NCBI GenBank assembly: GCA_002269645.1
Contig: NIVC01000135.1
Span: 293,334-357,333, forward strand
Direction: 5' to 3'
Length of the DNA: 64,000 nucleotides
From: Macrostomum lignano
Lineage: Eukaryota
The notes under the pieces were generated by a model. That model was not told the DNA's origin. It made no database searches and saw only the letters and a program-made list of their open reading frames with translations. The position numbers and the translations under genes are program-made. Every line of letters begins with the position of its first letter. The stretch's first letter is position 1. Shown piece by piece: positions 20,136 through 31,800 of the stretch.

Positions 20136-23100
20136 AGCGCTTCCTTTACTGTTCTCAAATCGTCGTCTTGATCCTGCTCGCTTGCCAGATTGCCGGCTGA
20201 GAATCGTTCAAATTCGACTGCATTTAGTCCTTCTGGATGCTGCGCACATGCCGGGCATGTCTCCGCTCCGAAATGTCTCCGTACTGGCTTCCTCGACATT
20301 GCGTCCGCGTTGCCATGCGATCGACCTGGTCTGTGAACGATGCGGTACTGAAATGGAGCCAACTTCTCCAACCAGCGAGCAACCTGTCCCTCGGCGTCAC
20401 TGAAGTTTTTTAACCATTGCAGGCTGCTGTGGTCCGTTCGCAGACAGAACGCTTTTCCCAGCAGATAGTATCTGAACTTCATGATGAAAGTCACAACCGC
20501 TAGTAGTTCTAAACGAGTCGTACAATAGTTGCGTTCGGCTTGATTTAGTGTCTTGGACCCATAGGCGATCACTCGTTCTGCTCCATCTGGCTGGACTTGA
20601 GAAAGTACCGCTCCTATGCCCATCTTCGAACTGCCATCAGTATCGAGGATAAACTCTCCGGCATCCGGGGAGAAATCCGGATGAGCCATAACCTCTGAAC
20701 TTGTCATTCGTTCCTTCAATGTTTCGAACGCCAGCTGCTGTTCCGTTTTCCATTCAAACTTTGCGTCTTTTGTTGTCAACCGAGTTAGAGGCGCTGCTAT
20801 TGCGGCGAAATCTTTAATAAACTTTCTGTAATAGCCACACAGGCCCAAGAATGAATGCGGCTCCGTCGAGGATCGCGGTGTTGGCCAGTTCTTCACTTCT
20901 TGAACTTTCTCCTCATCGGTACTGATGCCAGCAGCCGACAGCGTGTGACCGAGAAATTTTACTTGCTTTTGCAAAAAGTGACACTTCTGGGGCTTCAGGC
21001 ACAAATTTGCTTGCCGCAACTTGCTGAATATTTCCTCCAGTCTTCTCAGGTGTTCATCCACGTCGGTTGACCAAACCAGTAGATCGTCGATGTAGACGAG
21101 ACAGGTTTTCCACATCTGCTTGTCCAAAACGGCTGCCATCAACCTGGTGAATGTTGCTGGGCTGTTCACTAAGCCGAACGGCATAACCTTCCATCGAAAT
21201 TGTCCGCGATGCGGCACTGCAAACGCCGTCTTGTCCTGATCCTGAGGTCTCACCCCTACTTGCCAAAACCCGCTGTGAAGGTCCATTGTCGAGAAGATCT
21301 TGGCACCGTGTACTGCCTCCAGCGCATCATCGACCCTCGGCATCGGCACTGCATCCTTGACGGTGACCTCATTCAACTTCCGATAATCGACGCACATCCT
21401 CATTTCCCCTGATTTCTTCTTTACGCACACCAAAGGAAAGCACCATGGTGACTGTGCTTCTTCGATCTGCCCCTTTTCCAGCAACTCGTTGACTTGACGA
21501 TCTACTTCTGGCTGTAAGTGGGGAGGCAGACGACGCGGTGGGATCTTGATTGGGCGCGCATTCTCGGTGTTAATTTCATGCTCCACCACGGTAGTTAACT
21601 TGCTTGCAGTCTGCTTGGTCGTGAACACATCGCCGTAACTCCGGACAAGGATTCTAAATTCTTCGTCTTCTTTCGTCGACAGTCCACAGTCGCCGTACGA
21701 GTTTGGTAGCAAGTCTGCTTCCGAAGGGCTGTTGCTGCCTTGGAACTTCGGCTCTTCCTGTGGATCGTCTCCTGACTCTACGGCTAAGAGCTTGATGGTG
21801 TTCAACGGTTCGGTGGATTCTAGGGGGCAGAACCACCCGAGCGTACAACCTTGGCGAATTCTGACTGGCTCCTCCGTGATATTGATGAGTCGAGTCGGCA
21901 GACGGCTGCCGCTATTTGGGATCACTAAGGCCTTAGCAAGCCAGCGGCCAGCTGCCAAATCGTTCGCCCCGAGATTCTCAGTTAGACCGACACACCCTCT
22001 GTTCCGTCGTCCTTTGCTCTCCAGCCTTGCTGACAGAACTGCTTGATGACCTGGCGGTATTGTGCTGGACCTTGTCGCCAAAATTCTGCAAACGATCGGG
22101 CGCTCAGCTTGCCATCGGAACGGGATTGCAGTGTCCTGCACTGAAAAGACAGCTGTCTTGTAGTCGATGACGCAACTGTTGTCCCTGCAGAAGTCGGATC
22201 CCAATACCAGTTGGTACTTCACTCCGCTGACTACCAAGGCTGGAGTATCTATTACTTTATCAGCGATTGACAGTCGCAACAGGACTGTTCTCTCGATTTC
22301 GATCGGGCTGCCGTTTGCTAAGCTAACATAGCCTTCAGCACCGGCCAAATCTCTGACGCTCTGTTTCGGCATACTTTGGTAAGCTTCCCGTGAGATAATG
22401 GTGCAGGAAGCTCCCGAGTCCACTAGCGCGTTCACCCTCCGCCCTGCGATTGAGGCCGTAACATATATCGACGCAGGATTGATTTGAATTGACTGAGGTG
22501 CGTTGACGGTGATTGGGCGCTGCGACTGTGCAAAACCGGCTAGTTGATGGTGAGGTGCAGTACCGGACGCTGGAGGCTGATGAGACGCAGTACCGGACAC
22601 TGGAGGCTGATGAGACGCAGTACCGGACACTGGAGGCTGATGAGACGCAGTACCGGACACTGGAGGCTGATGAGACACAGTACCGGACACTGGATGCTGA
22701 TGAGGCGCAGTACCGGACACTGGATGCTGATGAGACGCAGTACCGGACACTGGATGCTGATGAGACGCAGTACCGGACACTGGATGCTGATGAGATACTG
22801 TACCGGACACTGGAGGCTGATGAGACGCAGTACCGGACACTGGATGCTGATGAGACGCAGTACCGGACACTGGATGCTGATGAGATACTGTACCGGACAC
22901 TGGATGCTGATGAGATACTGTACCGGACACTGGAGGCTGATGAGACGCAGTACCGGACACTGGATGCTGATGAGACGCAGTACCGGACACTGGAGGCTGA
23001 TGAGACGCAGTACCGGACACTGGATGCTGATGAGGCGCAGTACCGGACACTGGATTCTGATGAGGCGCAGTACCGGACACTGGAGGCTGATGAGATGCGG

Positions 23101-23206
23101 TACCGGGCGTTTGATGATGATGAGATGAGATGACGGCTTGTTCGGAGGCTGACGAATTGCAGGGGCTCACTTGCCTCCAGCTGGTGGGCCCCTCTTGCCT
23201 TTTCCC
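20136..23206 (-). CDS. pol: Gypsy pol: repeat linker, aspartic protease, reverse transcriptase, RNase H
   Basis: LVDSGAS (PR), VDYRKLN / MPFGL / YIDDLL (RT), TDGS / ELLAV / TDHSSL (RH). It lies in the -1 frame relative to gag, with candidate slippery heptamer GGGAAAA at minus-strand 23206-23200. Confidence 0.93.
22553..23110. repeat. 30 bp tandem repeat (~18 copies) inside the pol frame
   Basis: Unit GCAGTACCGGACACTGGA(G/T)GCTGATGAGAC; encodes (S/P)HQ(P/H)PVSGT(A/V) decapeptides between the gag stop and the protease. Confidence 0.95.
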
Positions 23207-24099
23207 GGCTTTGGGCACTGGAATGAGAGATGGCCTATCTCCCCGCAGTTGTAGCACTTGACACCGCTACGCTGCTTCGAGCTGGACGGAGCCGCCTGCT
23301 TGGATTGTTGCTTGTCTTGAAGGCCGGGTTCGGGCGGCTCCTGCTGGCCCTGCTGCATCTGCTCCATCCGTCGGATCTTTTCTTCCATTTCCTTTACTTT
23401 TTGACGCAGTTGGCGTAGCTCCTCGTCTTTGCCGGTGTCACCTGTCGACGTTTCGGTGGCAAAGGCATTCAGCCCAGCCCTGGGTCTGGCTTTGGACTGG
23501 GTCGAAGACGCCTTCTGGGCTGCTTCAAGTTGTCTTACTGTTCGAATGGCATCGGTGAGGTTGGCCGGCTGCTGCAGGTACAGTCTTTCTCGGACAGTGT
23601 CGGTTACTCGAACGCCTTTTAGAAATCTGTCTTTCGCCAGCTCTGTCCTGGTGTCGGCATCCGCGGTGGGGAAGGCATTGCGCACCAACTCCAGCAGCTC
23701 GTCCCCGTAGGTCTCCACAGACTCCTTGTCTAGCTGATCTCGATTCGATAATTCAAAACGGTAGTCCTGGGCTGTTCTGTTCATGGTGAACCGCGCCAGC
23801 AGTGCATCCGTGAATTCCCCGTACTCGATGTCGTCTGCCAAGTCCAGCTTATCAACGGCAGCGTAGGCTGTTGTGAGGACAAGTAGGCCGATCAGGTGCG
23901 GCCGCCTGGCTTCTTCTTCTATACCGACAGCCTCGCAGTACTCGTTGAAACTCTGCAGCCATAGGCTGAAATTCATCGTTGGTATGTACTTGGGCGGCTT
24001 CGAGAGTCGTGGCGCTGCTCGGTCGGCGTTGGCTCTGAGGCGCGCAGCCAGCGCATCGATCAGTTGGTCCATAGCTTGATCACCCATGGCCGAAGTCAC
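23167..24099 (-). CDS. gag: Gypsy Gag, 310 aa
   Basis: ATG 213 nt downstream of the PBS, capsid-like helical region, coiled coil, CCHC knuckle CYNCGEIGHLSFQC. Confidence 0.92.
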   Translation of the reverse strand: MTSAMGDQAMDQLIDALAARLRANADRAAPRLSKPPKYIPTMNFSLWLQSFNEYCEAVGIEEEARRPHLIGLLVLTTAYAAVDKLDLADDIEYGEFTDALLARFTMNRTAQDYRFELSNRDQLDKESVETYGDELLELVRNAFPTADADTRTELAKDRFLKGVRVTDTVRERLYLQQPANLTDAIRTVRQLEAAQKASSTQSKARPRAGLNAFATETSTGDTGKDEELRQLRQKVKEMEEKIRRMEQMQQGQQEPPEPGLQDKQQSKQAAPSSSKQRSGVKCYNCGEIGHLSFQCPKPGKGKRGPPAGGK

Positions 24100-24311
24100 T
24101 GAATACCGTTGCTACTCTTTACTCTGAGGTGGTGATAGCTATCGATCTCTGATAACCAATCAGTTGTCTGTCACCGTGATCAATGTCTTTTGCGGTAGGG
24201 CAATAGCCGCAAGCGATAAGCAACAGTCGTTTTAATAAGAAAAAACGCTCACAATATGACAGCAATTTTCATAGAAAGCAACTGAGCCGACTTTCAATCT
24301 TTGGGGACAGG

Positions 24312-24329
24312 GTCCCTGTTCGGGCGCCA
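24312..24329 (-). promoter_or_regulatory. Primer binding site, tRNA-Lys type
   Basis: Minus strand reads TGGCGCCCGAACAGGGAC, 3 nt after the 5' LTR. This 18-mer is the known complement of the tRNA-Lys(UUU) 3' end. Confidence 0.92.
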
Positions 24330-24332
24330 ATT

Positions 24333-25232
24333 TGTTGTAACCCGGGTCGGCTTGGGTGCCCAGTCCCGAGTACAATATATATTATATGTGATATAACAGG
24401 CGTTGTGACGCTCTGTCTGTACTTTTATGAATACGACGAGCAGGCGTGGCGACGCTCTGCGATAATAATTCGATCCCTCTGGTGTTGTGACACTCAGAGT
24501 TCACGCTGCGGCTCGAGGTGTGGTGACACTCTCGAGTGCTTCTATTCTCTATACCGTAGGGCGTACGCAATATATATGGTAAACGGTACCGTACTACAGA
24601 AGCTATATGGTCTCCCGGCGTTATGACGCTCTGGCAAGAATTCGGCCTAGCAAGCTTCCCGGAAAGAAAGGACTCAAACAGCAGGCGGCTTACCAGTGGC
24701 CAGATGACTGTTCACCGTTTATTATTCGCAGGTCTCAAGCGCAGTTTCCGACTTCTTCTTAATTCTCCAAGACTCTTCTCAATTAGGCTATTGTGTTTCT
24801 TTTATCCAAGTAGCTAATGTTGCTGTTTCTTTTATCAAAGTAGCTAATGTTGCTGTTTCTTTTATCAGGTCTCGCGCTTGCACTCTCGGAGCACACCAAA
24901 ACACAAAAAGCACGCAGGTGGTGGGCAAGAGCCAGAGTCGCACCATAAATAGCACCCAAACCCTGGGGCAGACGGCCCCACCGGCTAAGCTCACCAAAAC
25001 AAACCACGCCGGCCCAGCCAATCAAAACCCCGCCTAAGGGGGGAGGGGCTGCACCCGCGCCAAAGCTGGCCCGGCCGAAGCCAACCAGCCCTGAGCACGG
25101 GGCAGGGGCACGGCTGGGGAGGGGCACGTGCAAAGCCCGGCCGGCGGCCAAACCCTGCTACGCCCGCCAACCCCCCCAACCAGCCCCAAAGTGCAACGCG
25201 CCCTGCCAACTGACAAGGGCGCATGCACTACA
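24333..25232 (-). repeat. 5' LTR (900 bp)
   Basis: Near-identical to 14465-15364; adjoins the PBS; flanked by the TSD GATG. Confidence 0.95.
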
Positions 25233-25822
25233 GATGGTTAGGGGGATTATTTAGATAGGAATGGATGGGGAAATTCTTTGGATAAAGATGAATAGGAGGA
25301 TTCTTGGGATAGGGATGGATGGGGGATTCTTTAGATAGGGATGGATGGGCGATTCTTTGGATAGGGATGGGTGGGGGGATTCTTTGGATAGAGGGTTTCT
25401 GTGGATGGGGGATTTCTTGAATAAGGGATTCATTGGACGGGGAATTCTTCAGATGGGAGGATTCCTTGAATGGGAAATTCTTCGGATCGGGGATTCTATC
25501 AATGGGATGGGATGGGGATGGGACGGGAAGGATTGGTATTCTTTGCATGTGAGATTCTATGGATGGGCGATTCATTAAATAGGGAATTCTACAGATAGAG
25601 GATTCCTTGAATGGGGAATTCTTCGGATTCGGGGATTCTGTCGATGGGGGTTCTTTGTATGGGGATTCTTTGGATGAGGGTTTTTTGCATGTGAGATTAT
25701 TTGCATCAGAGAGATTCTTTGGATGGGGGGTTCAGTTGGGTGAATTTCTTTTGCGTGGGAAAACTTTGGTAGGAGTTCTGACGGAAAGCCCCAACGGGGG
25801 TTGGAATTGGCTAGTAAACAAA

Positions 25823-28800
25823 TCTCTCTTAATACTAAAAGTGGTGCGTTGTTTGTCTGTGTGATACATATAAACAAATCTCTCTCTCTATCTATCTATC
25901 TATCTATCTGTCTCTCTCTATCTATCTATCTATCTATTCTATCTATCTTAATACTAAAACTGGTGCGTTGTTTGTCTGTGTGTGTGTGTGTTTGTTGGAT
26001 AACTCCTCCTAGAATACTTGCAAGTCAGCGTTGAAACTTATATGGGAAAACTGCAAATTTTCCGAGGATGGCTTTAGGCTATTTTAATCTTTCATTTTCA
26101 ATTTTTAAGATCCCTAAAAAAGCAGAAAATGGCGGTCTTGACCTTTGATAATCTTAATTGTCCCCTCTTTCTGCTTGGAGCTGAAAATTTGCATCAATTT
26201 TAGTGATTGCGCCATAAAATTTTTCTATCTTGGCAGTGTATTTTCTCTCAAGTGGGGGATGGTCGCGTTCTCAGTGGCTGCGTGTGTACACTTGAACCCT
26301 GGCTCACTGACTGACTTTATAGACAATTGCGCAACTATTTGTGTTCTGTTTTTTAACAGGAAGCCCTGTGTATTTTTTGCACAGTGAAATTCAGTGCATT
26401 TTAATGCATAAACTTGCGAGCATCTTTAGCAGGCAGTGAACGTACACTCGATATTTCAATGCTTAAAATCAGAAAGTTTCAAACACTAACTGTTGCTCGA
26501 GTTTTGAACTTAGAGAGGAGAGACTTATATTGCTGGAAAGATCTTGCTGCAATGAGTTCGGGGATATAAGTTTTTTGCTTTAAATATGAAAATTAAATTC
26601 ACAGCATTCAAGAAAAGATTTTCATACTTTTAGCTTTCTGCAAAGATTGTGCTCATTTTGGAGTTCAATGGGGGTTCGACCGACCCCCCAATAGTTGGTG
26701 GGGGGGAGTTCAATTTCTAGCTGCACTGCGTATTGGAAGGGGGGTCGGTTGCTGTGTATTTGAGGGTTGATTTAGATTGCGCAATCTTTTTGTTAACTTT
26801 AACTGAGGCTGATACTGACTGCCTGAGAAATAAGTTGCGCAATTTAATTGGTTCAATGTTTTTACGGCGCCTTTCAACACGCAGCTGTCAACCCTAACCC
26901 TAACCCTAACCAATGAATTCTGAGAGCTGGGCTATTTGACGTAGAAATTTCGATTTAGTCCAGTTTCACGGAGAGGATTTCTATTTCGCGGAGAATATTT
27001 CGATGGTGTTCAGTTTCACGGAGAGGATTTCGATAGTGTTCAGTTTCACGGAGACGATTTCTGTTGCGCGGAGAGGTGTTGGAAAATGGGATTCCGCTTA
27101 TGGAGTTCAGGGAATGGAATTCCGCTGATTGGAGTTCTTCCCCTTTCTTCTCCGAAGGAGGAGTTGGCCTCGTATATACTAAAGTTGACGCGTTGTTTGT
27201 CTGTCTGTATGTCTGTCTGTCATTTCGACAACTCCTCCTTGAATAGTGCCAACTCAGCGTTGAAACTTATATGGGAAGATTGGAAATTATCCGAGGTCGG
27301 CTATAGGCTATTTTAATTCTGAAATTTTTATTTCTAAGATCCTCAAAAAAGCAGAAAACTTGAATCTTGACCTTTGATAATCTTAATTGTCCCCTCTTTC
27401 TGCTTGGAGCTGAAAAATGCATGAATTTTTAGTGATTGCGCCACAACCTTTCCCTATCTCTGTAGTGTATTTTCTTTCCAGTGGGGGGTGGGAGCGTTCT
27501 CAGTGGCTGCGTGTGTACACTTGGACCCTGGCTCACTGGCTGACTTTATAGATAATTGCGCAATGATATGGCTACTGATAAGTTTTCCTGCCTTTCAATG
27601 GGCAGTCCTGTGTATTTGTTGGACATTGAAATTCAATGCATCATCTTGCAAGCAGGCAGTGAACGTACACTCGATACTTCAATGCTATAAATCAGACAGT
27701 TTCAAACGCTAACTGTTCCTCGAGTTTTAAACTTTGAGAGGAGAATCTTACATTGCTGGCAAGATCTTGCAACGCTGAGTTCGGGGATATAAGTTGTTTG
27801 CTTTAAATATGAAAAGAAAAAGCACAGCATTTGAAAAACGATTTCCATACTTTTAACTTTCTGCAAAGATTGTACTTTAATCTGCAAAGATTGTTGGGGG
27901 GAGGGTTCAACTTCTCACTGCTGCTGTGTATTAGAGGGTTGATTTAGATTGCGCAATGTTTTTGTTAACTTTACCTGAGGCTGATACTGACTGACTGTGA
28001 AATCGGTTGTGCAATGAATTGATTCAATTAGTTCAATATTTTTATCTGTGCCTTTTAACACGAAGCTGTGCGTAGTTCTAACCCTAACCCTAACCCTAAC
28101 CCTAACCCTAACCCTAACCCTAATGAATCTGGCGAGTTGAGTTGTTTGACGGAAAAAAATCGATTAAGTCAAGTTTAGCGGAGACGATTTCAATGTTTAA
28201 ATTCTGACGGAGAAGATTTCTGTTTCGTGGAGAGGATTTCGATGGTGTTCAGTTTCACGAAAGGATTTCCATAGTGTTCAGTTTCACGGAGAGGATTTCG
28301 ATCATGTTCAGCTTCACGGAGAGGCTTTCTGTTTCGCGGAGATAATTTATGATTGATTTCTGTTTTATGGAAACAATTTTGATGGATTTAAGTTTCAAGG
28401 AGAGGATTTCGAAGGAGTCCAGTTTCACTGAGAGGATTTCGATGGTTTTTAGTTGCACAGACAGGATTTTTGCTTCGCGGAGAGGATCTTGATGGATTTG
28501 GCATCTTCAATCAGTCAGAGAAGAGAGTGTAAAGAGAAGACTGAAAAGAGAAGAGAGAAGAGATGATAGAAAACAGAGTATAATTGAGTGGAGAGATTAG
28601 ACATGACAGATTGGAGATGATAGGAGAGAGAATAGATGAGGGATAAGAGCGTACAGAGGCAATAGAAGAGAGGGGAGAGTAGAGGAGAAAGAAAGAGTGA
28701 GATGAGGAGATGAGGGATGAGAGAGCAGGGGAGAGAGGAGACAGGAGAGAGTACAGACGAAAGACTAGGGAGAAGATATAAATAAGGTAGTAAAGATGAG

Positions 28801-31800
28801 AGGAGAGAGAGGAGAGAGAAGCGAAAGGAGAAGAGAGTGAGGAGAGAGGAGAGAGATGAAAGGAGCAAGGAAAGGAGAAAAGAGAGAATGGAGAGAATAG
28901 AAAAGAGAGAAGAGAAGAGACAGGGGATAGTGAAAAGGAGGAAGAAAGATGGGAGACAAGAAAGTAGTGTCAGAGCGTATATGAAATATGAGAAATGAGA
29001 GCAGAGAGAAGAGAAAAGAGAAGAGAGAGAGAGAGGGTTAAGAGAGACGATAGATAAGTGAGTAGAGATGACATATGAGAGAGGAGAGAAGAGGGAGAGA
29101 TAAGAGTGAAGAGAGGAGACAGAAGACAGGAGAAGGTACAGACGAAAGACGAGGGAGAAGAGATAAATAAGGGAGCAGGGGTAGAGATGAGATGAGAGAG
29201 AGGAGAGAGGAGATATGAGAGACTTGAGAGTCTTTGAGCTAGGGTCTTTGAAAGATTTTGTAAAGAATTTGGAGACGATTTGGAAGATAGGGTTAAAGAC
29301 ATGGAATTTCAGTTGATGGATATTTCAGGGAATAGAATTCCGGTGATGGGAGTTCTTCCCCTTTCTCCTCCGAAGGAGGAGTTCCACTCGTATATACTTA
29401 AGTTGACGCGTTGTTTGTCTGTCTGTCTGTCATTTCGACAACTCCTCCTTGAATAGTGGCAACTCAGCGTTGAAACTTATATGGGAAGATTGGAAATTAT
29501 CCGAGGTCGGCTATAGGCTATTTTAATTCTGAAATTTTAATTTCTAAGATCCTCAAAAAAGCAGAAAACGGCGGTCTTGACCTTTGATAATCTTAATTGT
29601 CCCCTCTTTCTGCTCGGAGCTGAAAATTTGCATGAATTTTAAGTGATTGCGCCATAAAATTTTGCTACCTTGGCAGTGTATTTTCTCTCCAGTGGGGGGA
29701 TGGGGCGTTCTAAATGGCTGCATGTGTACAATCGGACCCTGGCTCACCGGCTGACTTTATAGACAATTGCGCAAAGATTTGTGTTCTAATTTTCAATAGG
29801 CAGCCCTGTGATTTTGTTGAACGTTGAAATTCAATGCATAAACTTGGACCCTGGCTCACTGGCTGACTTTATAGATAATTGCGCAATGATATGGCTACTG
29901 ATAAGTTTTCCTGCCTTTCAATGGGCAGTCCTGTGTATTTGTTGGACATTGAAATTCAATGCATCAACTTTCAAGCAGGCAGTGAACGTACACTCGATAC
30001 TTCAATGCTATAAATCAGACAGTTTCAAACGCTAACTGTTCCTCGAGTTTTAAACTTTGAGAGGAGAAACTTATATTGCTGGCAAGATCTTGCAACGCTG
30101 AGTTCGGGGATATAAGTTGTTTGCTTTAAATATGAAAAGAAAAAGCACAGCTTTAACTTTCTGCAAAGATTGTACTTTAATCTGCAAAGATTGTTGGGGG
30201 GAGGGTTCAACTTCTCACTGCTGCTGTGTATTGGAGGGTCGATTTAGATTGCGCAATGTTTTTGTTAACTTTACCTGAGGCTGATACTGACTGACTGTGA
30301 AATCGGTTGCGCAATGAATTGATTCAATTAGTTCAATATTTTTATCTGTGCCTTTTAACACGAAGCTGTGCGTAGTTCTAACCCTAACCCTAACCCTAAC
30401 CCTAACCCTAATGAATCTGGCGAGTTGAGTTGTTTGACGGAAAAAAGTCGATTAAGTCAAGTTTAGCGGAGACGATTTCAATGTTTAAATTCTGACGGAG
30501 AAGATTTCAATGTTTAAATTCTGACGGAGAAGATTTCTGTTTCGTGGAGAGGATTTCGATGATGTTCAGTTTCACGAAAGGATTTCCATGGTGTTCAGTT
30601 TCACGGAGAGGATTTCGATCATGTTCAGCTTCACGGAGAGGCTTTCTGTTTCGCGGAGATAATTTATGATTGATTTCTGTTTTATGGAAACAATTTTGAT
30701 GGATTCAGGTTTCACGGAGAGGATTTCTGCTTCGCGGAGAGGATCTTGATAGATTTGGCATCTTCAATCAGTCATAAAAGAGAGTAAAGAGAAGATCAAA
30801 AAGAGAAGAGACATGAGATGGTATAAAACAGAGTAGAAATGAGTGGATAGATTAGACATGACCGATGGAAGAGAAGAGGGGAGTAAGGCGGAAACGAAGA
30901 GGGAGAGAGAAGAGAAGAGGAGAGAGGAGATGAGAGGGGAGATATGAGATAGCAGAGGGAGACAAGAGAGATAATAGGAAAGAGAATAGATGACGGATAA
31001 GAGCGTACAGAGGAAAAAGAAGAGAGGGGAGAGTAGAGGAGAAAGAAAGAGTGAGATGAGGGAAGAGATATGAGAGAGGAGATATGAGAGACGTGAGAGT
31101 CTTTGAGCTATGGTCTTTGAAAGGTTTTGTAAAGAATTTGGAGAGATGATAGGAGAGAGAATAGAGATGAGGGATAAGAGCGTACAGGGGAAATAGAAGA
31201 GAGGGGAGAGTAGAGGAAAAAGAAAGAGTGAGATGAAGGATGAGAGATGAGGGAGGAGAGGGGAGAGAGAAGAGAGGAGAAAAGAGGGGAGAAATGAGAC
31301 AGGAGAGAGTAGAGACGAAAGACCAGGGAGAAGATATAAATAAGGGAGTAGGGGTAGAGATGAGATGAGAGAGAGGAGAGAGAAGAGAGTCACGATAATA
31401 GCGAAGAGAGGAGAGAGGAGATATGAGAGACGTGAGAGTCTTTGAGCTATGGTCTTTCAAAGGTTTTGTAAAGAATTTGGAGACGATTTGGAAGATGGGA
31501 TTCAAGTCATGGAGTTTCAGCTGATGGATTTGAGGGAATGGAATTCCGGTGATGGGAGTTCTTCCCCTTTCTCCTCCGAAGGAGGAGTTCCACTCGCTTA
31601 ATACTAAAAGTGGTGCGATGTTTGTTTGTGTGTTGCAATTTTTCTCCTAAACTACTGGCAAGTCAGCGTTGAAACTTATATGGGAAAACTGCAAATTTTC
31701 CGGATTGGGTTTATAGCTATTTTAATATTTCATTTTTACATTTTAAGATCCCTAAAAAAGCAGAAAACTGTTTTTTTAACCCTCAATAACCTTCTTTGGC

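Larger units (their letters stand above)
14465..25232 (-). mobile_element. Full-length Ty3/Gypsy LTR retrotransposon (10.8 kb) with extra 3' ORFs
   Basis: Two 900 bp TG...CA LTRs, 4 bp TSD GATG (14461-14464 and 25233-25236), PBS, PPT, gag with CCHC knuckle, and pol in PR-RT-RH-IN order (the Gypsy order). Confidence 0.96.

Noticed and set aside
22513-23133. Plus-strand ORFs (QYRTLEADET)n and (RRSTGHWRLM)n
   Set aside because: A stop-free 30 bp repeat is open in other frames automatically; no independent start context or flanking coding sequence.
28078-28123. (CCCTAA)7 as a true chromosome end or fusion site
   Set aside because: Short, single orientation, and found at the same position in many repeat units.
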